Part shown: positions 46,840 to 56,274 of the stretch, piece after piece
How positions within the stretch are numbered: the stretch's first letter is position 1
Layout of the letters: every line of letters begins with the position of its first letter
NCBI GenBank assembly: GCA_964504295.1
Contig: CAZDEC010000007.1
Location: 664-64,663, forward strand
Reading direction: 5' to 3'
Length of the DNA stretch: 64,000 bases
Origin: an uncultured Thioalkalispiraceae bacterium
Lineage (GTDB): Bacteria > Pseudomonadota > Gammaproteobacteria > UBA6429 > Thiohalophilaceae
Notes under the pieces: generated by a model
What the model saw: only the letters and a program-made list of their open reading frames with translations
What the model was told of the DNA's origin: nothing
Databases searched by the model: none
Program-made: the position numbers and the translations under genes

Positions 46840-46970
46840 TTTATCTTTATGATGCCGGTAATGCGAATGCCATGTTGAACGATACCTTTGTTTATTGTCA
46901 TACAAGAGGATATAACATTATGGTATATTGAATTTGTTACGCATAATCTATTATTAGCAGGAATTTAAAG

Positions 46971-47480
46971 ATGTTCAAGAACTTTATCTCTTACGCCCTT
47001 GTTTTGATTGTTCTTTTTTCAGTAAATATCATGACATTCTCGACTACAGGTCAGGCTGCAGAAAGAAAGCTAGAAACAGCTGAATATAAATTTTACAAGT
47101 TTAAGGGAAGCAGCTACGAGGATGTTCGTCTCGACCTGGACTACGCTATTACCGGGCGAGGTATAAAAGTGAACGGGGTTTCGCATATTAGTGACATGTT
47201 GACTCGTACGGGTAAGGATATTGGCCGCACTAAAAAAATCTACGATCATGCTGAAGCTATTCAGTTTTGCAGTGCTACTTTGTCACGCAATATGATGGAA
47301 GCGGATCCCATGAATATCGTTTTCTGCCCCTATATTATCTATATTTTTAGTTTTACGAATGAAAAAAATGTGGTGTATTTAGGTTATCGTAAGCCACCAC
47401 ATTTAGAATTACCTGCCTCTAAAAAAGCGGTTGCGGCCGTGGTTAAAACCTACGAAGGCATTATTGCGGATGCTCAGTAA
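46971..47480 (+). CDS. Secreted DUF302-domain protein
   Basis: Signal peptide. DUF302-like core (…ITGRGIKVNGVSHISDML...FCSATLSRNMMEADP.NIVFCPY.IYIF). Confidence 0.65.
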   Translation: MFKNFISYALVLIVLFSVNIMTFSTTGQAAERKLETAEYKFYKFKGSSYEDVRLDLDYAITGRGIKVNGVSHISDMLTRTGKDIGRTKKIYDHAEAIQFCSATLSRNMMEADPMNIVFCPYIIYIFSFTNEKNVVYLGYRKPPHLELPASKKAVAAVVKTYEGIIADAQ

Positions 47481-47991
47481 AAAGCTTTTTATTGTACCGT
47501 TTGTTTTATTACTGAATACGCTTGCCCATGCCGCAGATTATTCGGACAGGGAATACCGTTTAGCGCGTTCGGTGGCGATTAAACCGGCTCAAGTTAAACA
47601 ATTTCTCAGCCATCCTTCAGTGGCGGTGCGTGAAGCACTTGCTCAAAATCGCCGTTTAAAATCGGCTATGCTGTTTCAGTTAGCTTCTGACCCAAGTGAG
47701 CGAGTACGTATTGCGGTTGCCACGAATTTATCAACCGACACATCAACATTCAACAAACTGGCCACTGATAAGAATTCTGCGGTGAAAAGTGTGGTTGCGC
47801 GGTTTGAGTATGTGCCTGCAGAAGTGTTAGCTGTACTAGCAAAAGATCGTTCTGCTGAAATTCGTATCGAAGTGGCAAGAAATCTCAATACCTTAGCGGC
47901 TACTTTGAATGCTTTACTAAAAGACACTGATCCTGACGTTCAAGCCATTGCAGCGCAGGCTTTACAACGTCTCGCTGCCGAAACGAATTAG
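47470..47991 (+). CDS. Secreted HEAT/leucine-rich-repeat-variant (LRV)-like repeat protein
   Basis: Signal peptide MLSKKLFIVPFVLLLNTLAHA. Repeats of the form S..VR.A.A.N......L..LA.D....VR...A. Confidence 0.6.
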   Translation: MLSKKLFIVPFVLLLNTLAHAADYSDREYRLARSVAIKPAQVKQFLSHPSVAVREALAQNRRLKSAMLFQLASDPSERVRIAVATNLSTDTSTFNKLATDKNSAVKSVVARFEYVPAEVLAVLAKDRSAEIRIEVARNLNTLAATLNALLKDTDPDVQAIAAQALQRLAAETN

Positions 47992-48251
47992 GCTGAGTTC
48001 GGGAAAAGGAATTTATACTGACGTAGTCGACAGAGTTACACGAGGTAGCATCATTGCTGTGTGAATGGCGTAAGTTTAGCTGTGCAGAACTTAGGTTAAT
48101 TAACCTTAAGATTGTATTAAGGAAACAGGTTGTTTCGCTATCGCTCGTAAGGATAAAAGAGAGACATTGAGAGCGACAGCACGTTAAAGTTGCTCAATTT
48201 TTGTACATTTAGCCTAAAGATATTCCTGAAATTGTCGTTATATCAGGGACA

Positions 48252-49157
48252 ATGCAGAAAAAAATCCCTATTACTTCCGAACAACAAGGACAGCGCCTTC
48301 AGGCCGCCGATTTAGTCTCCGGTGTTGTGCGACTAGTGTCTTTACCTGAAGTTTGTATTCGGGTTAACGAAATGATGGATGATGCGAGTACTTCGGCATC
48401 TGATATCGGCAAAGTCATTAGTCAGGACACCGGGCTGACGGCACGGCTACTCAAAATTGTAAACAGCTCTTTTTATGGTTCACCATCAAAAATTGAAACG
48501 GTCACGCGTGCGGTTACAGTTATTGGTTTACGTGAATTGCGTGGTTTAGTGTTAGCCGCTTCGGCGATTGAAACCTTTTCTAAAATTCCAAATGATATTC
48601 TCAATATGGTGCAGTTTTGGCGGCACAGTGTGTATTGTGGTGTGGTGGCGCAGTTATTGGCGGATCGGTGTCATGTTTTGCACTCTGAGCGACTGTTTGT
48701 AGCAGGCCTCTTACACGATATTGGCAAGTTAATTCTATGCCACCGCCTACCAAGCGAGTCGAAAATTGTGGTTGATAAAATGAAGCTGGATCAGCTAATG
48801 GATTTTGAAGTTGAGCGGGATATTATTGGCTTTGATCATGCAGATGTGGGTGGTGAGCTAATCAAGGCCTGGCAAATGCCAAGTTCTCTAGAGCAATCCA
48901 TTCGTTATCACCATGACCCCGCTAAAGCTGAAGAAATTTCAATGGAGACCTGTCTGGTACATATGGCCAATGTTATGACGGGTTGGGCCGAACAAGAGCT
49001 GGATGTGGATGTGGAGCTGAATATTCAGCCGATTGCGCAGGTAGCCTGGGATTTAACCGGTCTGGATGACTCGGTGATAGATCCTGTGCTGAAACAAGCC
49101 GGGCCATTGTTTATCGACGCTCTGGAGTCTATTTTGCCTCGTGGTCGACCGTATTAG
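48252..49157 (+). CDS. HDOD-domain signalling protein
   Basis: LPEVCIRVNEMMDD...ISQD.GLTARLLKIVNSSFYG....I.TV.RAVTVIGLRELR...AGLLHDIGKL.. ...GFDHADVGGELIK.W..P. Confidence 0.85.
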   Translation: MQKKIPITSEQQGQRLQAADLVSGVVRLVSLPEVCIRVNEMMDDASTSASDIGKVISQDTGLTARLLKIVNSSFYGSPSKIETVTRAVTVIGLRELRGLVLAASAIETFSKIPNDILNMVQFWRHSVYCGVVAQLLADRCHVLHSERLFVAGLLHDIGKLILCHRLPSESKIVVDKMKLDQLMDFEVERDIIGFDHADVGGELIKAWQMPSSLEQSIRYHHDPAKAEEISMETCLVHMANVMTGWAEQELDVDVELNIQPIAQVAWDLTGLDDSVIDPVLKQAGPLFIDALESILPRGRPY

Positions 49158-49189
49158 CCCGTTATTAACACGTCTCTTTTGGCCAATCA

Positions 49190-49206
49190 GGCACTAAAAT
49201 AGTGCT
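49190..49206. promoter_or_regulatory. NtrC-type enhancer-like palindrome upstream of amt
   Basis: gGCACTA-AAA-TAGTGCt, a perfect 6-3-6 dyad, compared with the remembered NtrC consensus TGCACYA-N3-TGGTGCA. Confidence 0.4.
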
Positions 49207-49282
49207 TTTTCCTGGATTTTCTCCTTTCGTTAAATCGTAGATTTACTTAATAAACCATCCAAAGCATAATATGTGCAATATA

Positions 49283-49298
49283 AGTGCATTTATGCACT
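49283..49298. promoter_or_regulatory. Second TGCA-containing palindrome upstream of amt
   Basis: AGTGCA-ttta-TGCACT, a perfect dyad, flanked by further TGCA(C) half sites (49272-49277, 49306-49311). Confidence 0.3.
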
Positions 49299-49373
49299 GT
49301 ATTTTTGCACCAAAATAATACAAATTATTAAACAATAAAAATGTCTGGAGATGCCTCCAGCATGGGAGAAGTC

Positions 49374-50558
49374 ATGGAAATTAAAACAGCAACTGATGTG
49401 CTCTTTATTCTGTTAGGAGCCATTATGGTACTCGCAATGCATTCAGGTTTTGCATTCTTAGAAGTGGGCACGGTGCGCAAAAAGAATCAGGTCAATGCAC
49501 TAGTTAAAATTATTGTCGATTTTGCTGTTTCAACCATCGGTTATTTCTTTATTGGTTATATGGTCGCCTATGGGCTTGGGTTTGGCGAGAGTGCTCAGGT
49601 TTTAGTACAAAAAAATGGCTATGAGTTAGTTAAGTTCTTCTTTTTATTGACATTTGCAGCAGCTATTCCGGCTATTATTTCTGGTGGCATTGCTGAGCGA
49701 GCGCGTTTTTACCCGCAATTGGTGGCGACTTTTTTTATTGTGGCTTTTATTTACCCGTTTTTCGAAGGTATTACCTGGAACGGTAATTTTGGTGTGCAAG
49801 CATGGATAGATAGCCAGTTTGGTGCCGAATTTCACGATTTTGCTGGTTCCGTGGTGGTGCATGCGATGGGTGGCTGGTTAGCCCTAGGTGCGGTTCTTTT
49901 ACTCGGTCGTCGATTGCCGAAGGGCGGTAGCCATTCCATTTCTCATCCTCCATCAAGCATTCCTTTTTTAGCCTTGGGCGCCTGGGTGTTAACCGTGGGC
50001 TGGTTTGGCTTTAATGTGATGTCTGCCCAAACCATTGATGCGGTCAGTGGTCTGGTGGCGCTGAATTCATTAATGGCGATGGTGGGCGGTATATTGGCCG
50101 CGTTGGTGGTGGGTAAGAATGATCCGGGGTTTGTGCATAACGGGCCATTAGCGGGTTTAGTTGCTGTGTGTGCCGGTTCGGACATTATGCACCCGATGGG
50201 CGCGTTGGTAACCGGACTGGTTGCCGGAGGACTGTTTGTTTGGGCGTTCACACAATGCCATAGCAAATGGAAAATAGATGATGTACTCGGTGTTTGGCCA
50301 TTGCATGGGTTATGTGGTGCCTGGGGTGGTCTTGCTGCGGGTATTTTTGGACTCGAAGCGTTTGGTGGTTTGGGCGGCGTGACCTTTATGTCACAGTTAG
50401 TGGGCACACTAATGGGGCTTTCTGTTGCGCTTGTAGGAGGCTTTGTTGTTTATGGTGTCATTAAAAAGATGGTAGGCATTCGTTTAACGGCAGAAGAAGA
50501 ACACATGGGTGCGGATTTAAGCATTCATAAAATTGCGGCTGAGTCGGATATTGACTAA
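49374..50558 (+). CDS. amt: Ammonium transporter (Amt family)
   Basis: GFAFLEVG, AERARF, FHDFAGSVVVHAMGGW.AL, GWFGFN and DDVLGVWPLHGLCGAWGG blocks. ATG 49374 (RBS GGGAGAA) preferred; 49341 and 49362 are possible. Confidence 0.92.
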   Translation: MEIKTATDVLFILLGAIMVLAMHSGFAFLEVGTVRKKNQVNALVKIIVDFAVSTIGYFFIGYMVAYGLGFGESAQVLVQKNGYELVKFFFLLTFAAAIPAIISGGIAERARFYPQLVATFFIVAFIYPFFEGITWNGNFGVQAWIDSQFGAEFHDFAGSVVVHAMGGWLALGAVLLLGRRLPKGGSHSISHPPSSIPFLALGAWVLTVGWFGFNVMSAQTIDAVSGLVALNSLMAMVGGILAALVVGKNDPGFVHNGPLAGLVAVCAGSDIMHPMGALVTGLVAGGLFVWAFTQCHSKWKIDDVLGVWPLHGLCGAWGGLAAGIFGLEAFGGLGGVTFMSQLVGTLMGLSVALVGGFVVYGVIKKMVGIRLTAEEEHMGADLSIHKIAAESDID

Positions 50559-50610
50559 TTTTTTATCAGAACAAATTAGCTAACTTGAACTGGGGATAAA
50601 AAACTTACGT

Positions 50611-50637
50611 CATTCCCGCCAAAGCCAGGCGGGAATG
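50611..50637. repeat. REP-like perfect hairpin between the convergent amt and nuoN-like genes
   Basis: CATTCCCGCC-aaagcca-GGCGGGAATG (10-bp stem). Same motif family as 21962-22058 and 29548-29702. Confidence 0.6.
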
Positions 50638-50697
50638 GCGCTATTGCTTGGTATAGGTGGAACGGATCTGTATAGGATCCATTATCCCTAACTCAGA

Positions 50698-52083
50698 TTA
50701 GCTCAATTGTTTAAGCAACAGCTGCGCTGCAAGCCCAATGCCGATGGTGAAGAGCAGCGCAATGACCCACACCAGCTTAATCAATGCCGGTGTGACCGTC
50801 GCAGTGCTCGTATCCACTGGTTCATGGCAATGACTTTGCGCCAGATACATTGGCACTATAATGCGCAGGTAAACGGCCAGTGACAATACGCTATTAAGAA
50901 TGGCGATAACGGTTAACCATAAAAAACCGGCATCAATTGCAGCACCAAAGAGTAAAAATTTACCGACAAAACCGGCCAGCGGCGGAATGCCTACCAGTGA
51001 TAAAAGGAATATCACCATGGCTACCCCCAACATGTGATTTTTGCGCCCAATACCTTTAAAGCTATCAAGCGTTCGACCCACTCGCATCACAACGGCAAAT
51101 GCCCCCAGGTTCATCGCAGCATAGGCGGCCGAAAATATAATTAAGGATTGCAGCGCGAGTGAACTCGCCCCCACCGCAACCACACCTAAAAGAAAATAAC
51201 CGGCCTGTGCGATGGATGAATAAGCTAGTAAGCGCACCACATTCTTTTGTACCAGTGCGGCGAGATAACCGTAGGTCATGGTAAGTACCGCAACCACGGC
51301 AATAATCAATGGCCAGCCTGTCGACAGCGGCATATCGCGTACGACCTGGGCAAAAGCCAGTATGGCACCAATCTTTGGTACAACAGATAAATAGGCGGCA
51401 ATGCAGAGCGGTGCGCCTTCGTATGCATCCGGTGCCCAAAAGTGAAACGGTACTAGTGATGCCTTGTAACCCAGGCCAATAATAACGGCAATAAAACCAA
51501 TAATGGCAATAACAGGCGAGGTTTCAAGCTGCCCCAGTTCACTCAGTAGTGTCGAGCCACTCCCGCCGAACCAGTAACTGAGCCCAAAAATCATAATACT
51601 GGTGGTGACCGAGCCAAACACAAAAAACTTTATCGCCGCTTCGGTCGCACTGTCATTTCGTGGGTAAGCCACCAGCGCAAAAGAAGCCAGGCCAGATAAC
51701 AAAACAGCCAGTACCAGTAACATGCTATCGCCCACACCGGCCATTAATATCGAACCCAGACTGACTAGCGTAACCAGAACATACACCGTACCTTCACGAT
51801 CACTACCGGCAAGTTCAGCGCGAGCTAATAGCAAAGACAGTATCGTTGCGGGCAGCAGGATAATTTTTCCCCATACGCTCAGCATATCAATGCGGAAAGT
51901 GCCACCAAAGACCGAGGTGTTCAGGCCAAGTAAAAGCACACTTTGCCATGTTGCCAGCAATAGCCCAACGATAGTCACGGTCAGCACAATTCGTGGGGCA
52001 CGCAGCATCTCGGCAATTAAGGCAAACACCACCGTAAGTAGGATGATGATCTCAGGGATCAGTAAGGCAAGATCTGTTTCCAT
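50698..52083 (-). CDS. Complex-I NuoN/ND2-like antiporter-type subunit
   Basis: 14-TM-like profile. KASLVPFHFWAPDAYEGAP (conserved Lys/His block of Mrp-type subunits). 1-nt start/stop overlap with the M-like gene. Confidence 0.85.
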   Translation of the reverse strand: METDLALLIPEIIILLTVVFALIAEMLRAPRIVLTVTIVGLLLATWQSVLLLGLNTSVFGGTFRIDMLSVWGKIILLPATILSLLLARAELAGSDREGTVYVLVTLVSLGSILMAGVGDSMLLVLAVLLSGLASFALVAYPRNDSATEAAIKFFVFGSVTTSIMIFGLSYWFGGSGSTLLSELGQLETSPVIAIIGFIAVIIGLGYKASLVPFHFWAPDAYEGAPLCIAAYLSVVPKIGAILAFAQVVRDMPLSTGWPLIIAVVAVLTMTYGYLAALVQKNVVRLLAYSSIAQAGYFLLGVVAVGASSLALQSLIIFSAAYAAMNLGAFAVVMRVGRTLDSFKGIGRKNHMLGVAMVIFLLSLVGIPPLAGFVGKFLLFGAAIDAGFLWLTVIAILNSVLSLAVYLRIIVPMYLAQSHCHEPVDTSTATVTPALIKLVWVIALLFTIGIGLAAQLLLKQLS

Positions 52084-53558
52084 TACAATGGCAACGCTAT
52101 GGTGGTTTTATGGATCACATCCAGCACCCAGGCTGGCGCGACACCCAGCGCAATGGTGAAGACCAATAATGGTGCCAATGCAAGTAGTTCACGCGCATTC
52201 AAGTCAGGCATGGTAGCCGTTGTCCACTTATCTCCAACTTCGCCAAGAAACACCTGTGCTATCGCTCGTAAATATAAACCGGCGGTAATAACGATACCGA
52301 GAATAGCAATAATGGCTATAGGCTCAACCTGCAATGTGGCGAGGAAAATCTGAAACTCTGCCGGGAAATGCGCCAGCCCGGGTAAACCCAGCGAAGCAAA
52401 CGCAGCCAGCACAAACGACCAGCCGAGCACCGGTACGACTTTCATTAAACCACCAAACTGATCCATGTCTCTTGTGTGGGCTCGATCCTGCAACATCCCA
52501 ACCAGCAAGAACAACGCGCCTGTCACTAAACCGTGACTGACCATTTGTAATACTGAACCATCTAACGCGGTGGCACGAATGGCGGGATCCGCTGCCAGTG
52601 CGGCAACCGCCACGCCAATAATGATATAGCCCATGTGATTAATTGAGGTATAAGCCACCAGTCGTTTGAGATCCGTTTGTGCCAGCGCGGCAAAAGCGCC
52701 GTACAATGCTGCAATTACCCCGAATACTAAAATCACTACCCCCGCTTCGCGAAAGGCATCTGGCGTCATTTGATAAGCAAACCGCACCAGACCATAGGTG
52801 CCGAATTTCAACATCACACCGGCTAAAATTACACTGCCTGCAGCCGGTGCTTGAACATGTGCGGCAGGTAACCAGGTATGAAATGGAAACACCGGCGTTT
52901 TAACCGCAAAGGTAATCAGCATGGCAATCAATGCAAGCATAGCCGCAAGTCCATCTAAGGGTGGGTTACTGATCCAGACACGCATGTCGAATGTATATGG
53001 GTCACTGCCGAGGTATAAACCCAGAATCGCCAGCAATAATGGCAGGCTGCCAAGGAAGGTATAAATAAAAAACATCAGCGCGGCACGTTGTCGGTCTTCG
53101 TGCCCCCATTGTGCAATCATAAAATACATGGACACCAGTGACACTTCAAAGAAAACGTAAAATAAAATTGCGTCCAGTGCAGTGAAGGCACCGATGGATG
53201 CCGTCTCTAACAGCAGCATCAATGCAACAAAAGCATGTGACTGCTTACGTACTTTGGCAGAATAAATAAAGGTGACAAAAAACAACAACGCAGTTAGCAG
53301 CACTAGCGGTAAGCTAATACCATCCACACCCACCCGGTAGGCCGCACCAATCGAAGGCATCCAGTCAATTTGTTCGAGCTGGGCAAAGCCGGTATCACTC
53401 ACACCACGTGACCACATCACCAGTGCACCCAGCAAAGTCACACCACTGATGACGATACCAATAGCATGAACAACTTGTGGCGATGACTTGCGCATAAGCA
53501 ACACCAGCAATGCCCCAAGCAAAGGTAGAAAGACAGTAATCGATACAATTGGATACAC
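52083..53558 (-). CDS. Complex-I NuoM/ND4-like antiporter-type subunit
   Basis: FFEVSLVSMYFMI (TM5 Glu), KTPVFPFHTWLPAAHVQAP, SINHMGY, VSHGLVTGALFLLVG. Confidence 0.88.
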   Translation of the reverse strand: MYPIVSITVFLPLLGALLVLLMRKSSPQVVHAIGIVISGVTLLGALVMWSRGVSDTGFAQLEQIDWMPSIGAAYRVGVDGISLPLVLLTALLFFVTFIYSAKVRKQSHAFVALMLLLETASIGAFTALDAILFYVFFEVSLVSMYFMIAQWGHEDRQRAALMFFIYTFLGSLPLLLAILGLYLGSDPYTFDMRVWISNPPLDGLAAMLALIAMLITFAVKTPVFPFHTWLPAAHVQAPAAGSVILAGVMLKFGTYGLVRFAYQMTPDAFREAGVVILVFGVIAALYGAFAALAQTDLKRLVAYTSINHMGYIIIGVAVAALAADPAIRATALDGSVLQMVSHGLVTGALFLLVGMLQDRAHTRDMDQFGGLMKVVPVLGWSFVLAAFASLGLPGLAHFPAEFQIFLATLQVEPIAIIAILGIVITAGLYLRAIAQVFLGEVGDKWTTATMPDLNARELLALAPLLVFTIALGVAPAWVLDVIHKTTIALPL

Positions 53559-53573
53559 TAAAAAGTCCTCTTA

Positions 53574-55448
53574 TTAATAAACTATCAATGCGATTAAGCT
53601 GATCACTAAAATCATCGCGCTGGCAATGGTACTGATAGCCAGCTCTTTATGAATCAAACCGCTTTGTAAGGTGCGAGCCTTGCCGGCAAATTTGACTGTG
53701 CTGTCTACAAACGAAAAGATAAAGCCATCAATACCTTTATCATCCGTTCGGCGCGCGACTCGACCGAGTTTAAGTCCTGCTCGACCTATCGCGAGTACGC
53801 CTTCATAAAAAATGCGTTCCAGTTTTTCGCAACCATGAGCAATTGCCATAGCCGGGCGCACCATTAAATTATCGAAACCACCGGCAAGCGCAAAACCGTT
53901 ATTCACCCAGGGTAATAAGCCCCCAAGTAAACGCTGCACAGGAACAAACCAGCCTAAAAACAAACCACTTAAGGCAGCAATTAGCCCGAGTATTTCGGGA
54001 AGAAATTCAGTCGATATGTTTTCGACCTGTGGCATGTTCAGTAATGATTTAAGTGCCGGGAAAGCCGCCGCTAAAACAACCGCCAGCGTGACTAGCCCGG
54101 CCAACCCTGCGCCCATCCAGACGAGACCGGCAAGCGGTTTGTTTTGGGTATTTTTTTGTTCCTGATTTTTATAGCTTTGATTTTTATAGCCTTGATTTTT
54201 ATACCAAAGTATCGATAAGGCTCTAGCCATATAACCGCCCGTTAACAACGTACCCGCCAAAGCAAACGGTAACAGTATTTCGAAATATTCAGCGTTCAGC
54301 GATGCCGCAATAATTGCATCTTTAGAGAAAAAACCACTTAGAGGTGGAATACCGGCTAATGCCAGTGCCGCCAGCGCAAAGCCAATAAATATTCTAGGGC
54401 GCTCATGTCCAACGCCGCGTAATTTTTCCAGCATTGTGCTTTCGCGGCTGTGCTGGAAGACACCGGCACCGAGAAACAGGCTGCTCTTAATGGCGGCGTG
54501 AGCAATCAGGTGTAGCAATGCCGCCATAGGCACGCCCGCACCCACCGCCACCAGCATCAAACCATATTGACTGGAAGTGGATGCAGCCAGCATGCGCTTA
54601 AGATCCGATTCACCCAGTGCAATAAGGCCTGTTACCACGGTGGTCACCCCGCCAACAATACCGATAACCAGTAATGTTTCTGGTGTTAACATCGGTGCAG
54701 TGCGAATTAATAAAATGGCACCGGCTGCAACCAGCGTGGCCGAGTGTAATAAAGCCGATACTGGTGTTGGACCGGCCATTGCGCGTTGTAACCAGTCATG
54801 CAACGGGGTTTGTGCGGACTTACCCATGGCCGCAATCAATAATAATAAGCCAGCAGCCATGGCAGGGTTGCCGCTGGTATTGAGTGTTGCTGCAATTTCA
54901 CTGCTACCGGTGTTGGCGATAAGAATAAACACAGCAATATAAAGACCCAAATCGGCGCTGCGAGTGACCATAAAGGCGCGTGTAGCCGCAGATTTTACCC
55001 CCGGCTTTTTATACCAGAAACCAATCAGTAAATAGCTGCTTAGGCCAATCAGTTCCCAGGCCGACAGTAACAGGATCCAGTCGCCGGCAAGTACCAGTGT
55101 TTGCATGGCTGAAATAAAGAGCAGCATGGTGGCAAAAAAGCGCACTTTTTCGCTATCAGATTTCATATAACCTACGGCATAAATCAGCACAAAACTGCCG
55201 ACGATTGTGACCATGGTTGAAAGTAAGGCGGTTAAAGGTGTCGCGATTAAACGCAGAGGCATATTGGGTAAGCCGGGCAGCAGCAGTTCAGCATTAACAC
55301 CACTTGATACATTAAACAGTAAGGCTAAACTGGCAATCAGGCCTAAGGCAATACCAAATAATGCTAACAGCACCGGAAGTCGGCGTACTAACAGTATTAA
55401 GACAGATGCGGCAAGTGGAGCCAAAATAGCAACGGTAATAAAACTCAT
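53574..55448 (-). CDS. Complex-I NuoL/ND5-like antiporter-type subunit with C-terminal extension (lateral-helix region) and a YKNQ repeat insertion
   Basis: WELIGLSSYLLIGFWY, GKSAQTPLHDWL..AMAGPTPVSALLHSATLVAAG, HAAIKSSLFLGAG. 624 aa. Confidence 0.88.
   Translation of the reverse strand: MSFITVAILAPLAASVLILLVRRLPVLLALFGIALGLIASLALLFNVSSGVNAELLLPGLPNMPLRLIATPLTALLSTMVTIVGSFVLIYAVGYMKSDSEKVRFFATMLLFISAMQTLVLAGDWILLLSAWELIGLSSYLLIGFWYKKPGVKSAATRAFMVTRSADLGLYIAVFILIANTGSSEIAATLNTSGNPAMAAGLLLLIAAMGKSAQTPLHDWLQRAMAGPTPVSALLHSATLVAAGAILLIRTAPMLTPETLLVIGIVGGVTTVVTGLIALGESDLKRMLAASTSSQYGLMLVAVGAGVPMAALLHLIAHAAIKSSLFLGAGVFQHSRESTMLEKLRGVGHERPRIFIGFALAALALAGIPPLSGFFSKDAIIAASLNAEYFEILLPFALAGTLLTGGYMARALSILWYKNQGYKNQSYKNQEQKNTQNKPLAGLVWMGAGLAGLVTLAVVLAAAFPALKSLLNMPQVENISTEFLPEILGLIAALSGLFLGWFVPVQRLLGGLLPWVNNGFALAGGFDNLMVRPAMAIAHGCEKLERIFYEGVLAIGRAGLKLGRVARRTDDKGIDGFIFSFVDSTVKFAGKARTLQSGLIHKELAISTIASAMILVISLIALIVY
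54163..54207. repeat. 15-bp tandem repeat x3 inside the NuoL-like gene, encoding YKNQ(G/S)YKNQSYKNQ
   Basis: TGATTTTTATAGCTT / TGATTTTTATAGCCT / TGATTTTTATACCAA, read directly on the + strand. Confidence 0.9.
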
Positions 55449-55756
55449 CCTTTCAAATCCACCGCTTCTTCCATCTCGACCGAACCCTTGGCGCGGAAGC
55501 GGGCAATGGCTATTGCAAAGCCCACGGCCATTTCAATGGCCATCACGGTCATAATAATCAGCACAAACATTTGCCCGGCTGCCACTTCTGGATGCAGATA
55601 ACGCCAGAAGGCCACTATATTTACCATGGCACCGGCAAGAATAAGTTCCACCCCCATCATAATCATCACTAAATTGGTTTGTGATAATGCACCGTAAACC
55701 CCTACGCCAAATAAGGCTGCACCTGCGGTCAGTGCAATGATTAATTCCATACTCAT
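55445..55756 (-). CDS. Complex-I NuoK/ND4L-like subunit
   Basis: Three TM helices with both membrane-embedded Glu (GVELILAG; AIEMAVGF). 4-nt overlaps on both sides. Confidence 0.88.
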   Translation of the reverse strand: MSMELIIALTAGAALFGVGVYGALSQTNLVMIMMGVELILAGAMVNIVAFWRYLHPEVAAGQMFVLIIMTVMAIEMAVGFAIAIARFRAKGSVEMEEAVDLKG

Positions 55757-56274
55757 TTTTTGCCACTCTCTTTTTTAACAGGTTGAATAGCAACGGCGGT
55801 GGCTGCAATCATCGCGGTTAAAATCGTGATGCCAGCGGTTTCAAAAATCAGCATGGAGCGATCCAGTAGTTCAAGACCGAGATCGACCGTTTGTTGTGCC
55901 GCATCCGGGAAGGTGGTGGCCACGGGGCCCCAGTCGACGAACACTGCTATTGCCACCGCGCCGACAAACGAAACAAAACCGGCGATAAGAGACAATCGTT
56001 TTTGGTGGGTCATATCCATTTCACCCAGACCGCCAGGGTCCATCATAAACATCACCATAAAGATGGCCATAATGCTCATTTCGGTTGCCATCATCATAAT
56101 TTGTAACACACCTAAAAATTCGGCCTGCATGCTTAAAAACATCGCGCCCAGTGCGGTCTGAGAAAATAGCAAAGCGATGGCTGAACGCATCATGGAAAAA
56201 GTGCGGAACACCACAATGCCAAACCACACCGAGGCGAGCCCAAAAAAACCAATAAAAAATGCCTGTGCTGTCAT
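55753..56274 (-). CDS. Complex-I NuoJ/ND6-like subunit
   Basis: 173 aa. The N-terminal three-helix pattern resembles NuoJ (…AIALLFSQTALGAMFLSMQAEFLGVLQIMMMATEMSIMAIFMVMFM). Position between the H-like and K-like genes. Confidence 0.75.
   Translation of the reverse strand: MTAQAFFIGFFGLASVWFGIVVFRTFSMMRSAIALLFSQTALGAMFLSMQAEFLGVLQIMMMATEMSIMAIFMVMFMMDPGGLGEMDMTHQKRLSLIAGFVSFVGAVAIAVFVDWGPVATTFPDAAQQTVDLGLELLDRSMLIFETAGITILTAMIAATAVAIQPVKKESGKK

Noticed and set aside
48088-48110. Palindrome AACTTAGGTTAATTAACCTTAAG upstream of the HDOD gene, plus a CGCTATCGCTCG match to MITE family 1
   Set aside because: It is a single short imperfect dyad in an AT-rich spacer, and the 12-nt match is too short to claim a third element copy.
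49283-49311. Possible sigma-54 promoter (TGCAC...TTTGCA) upstream of amt
   Set aside because: Counting bases, the GG/GC elements are not at the required GG-N10-GC spacing. It is one base short and the -24 GG is missing, so I did not call it.
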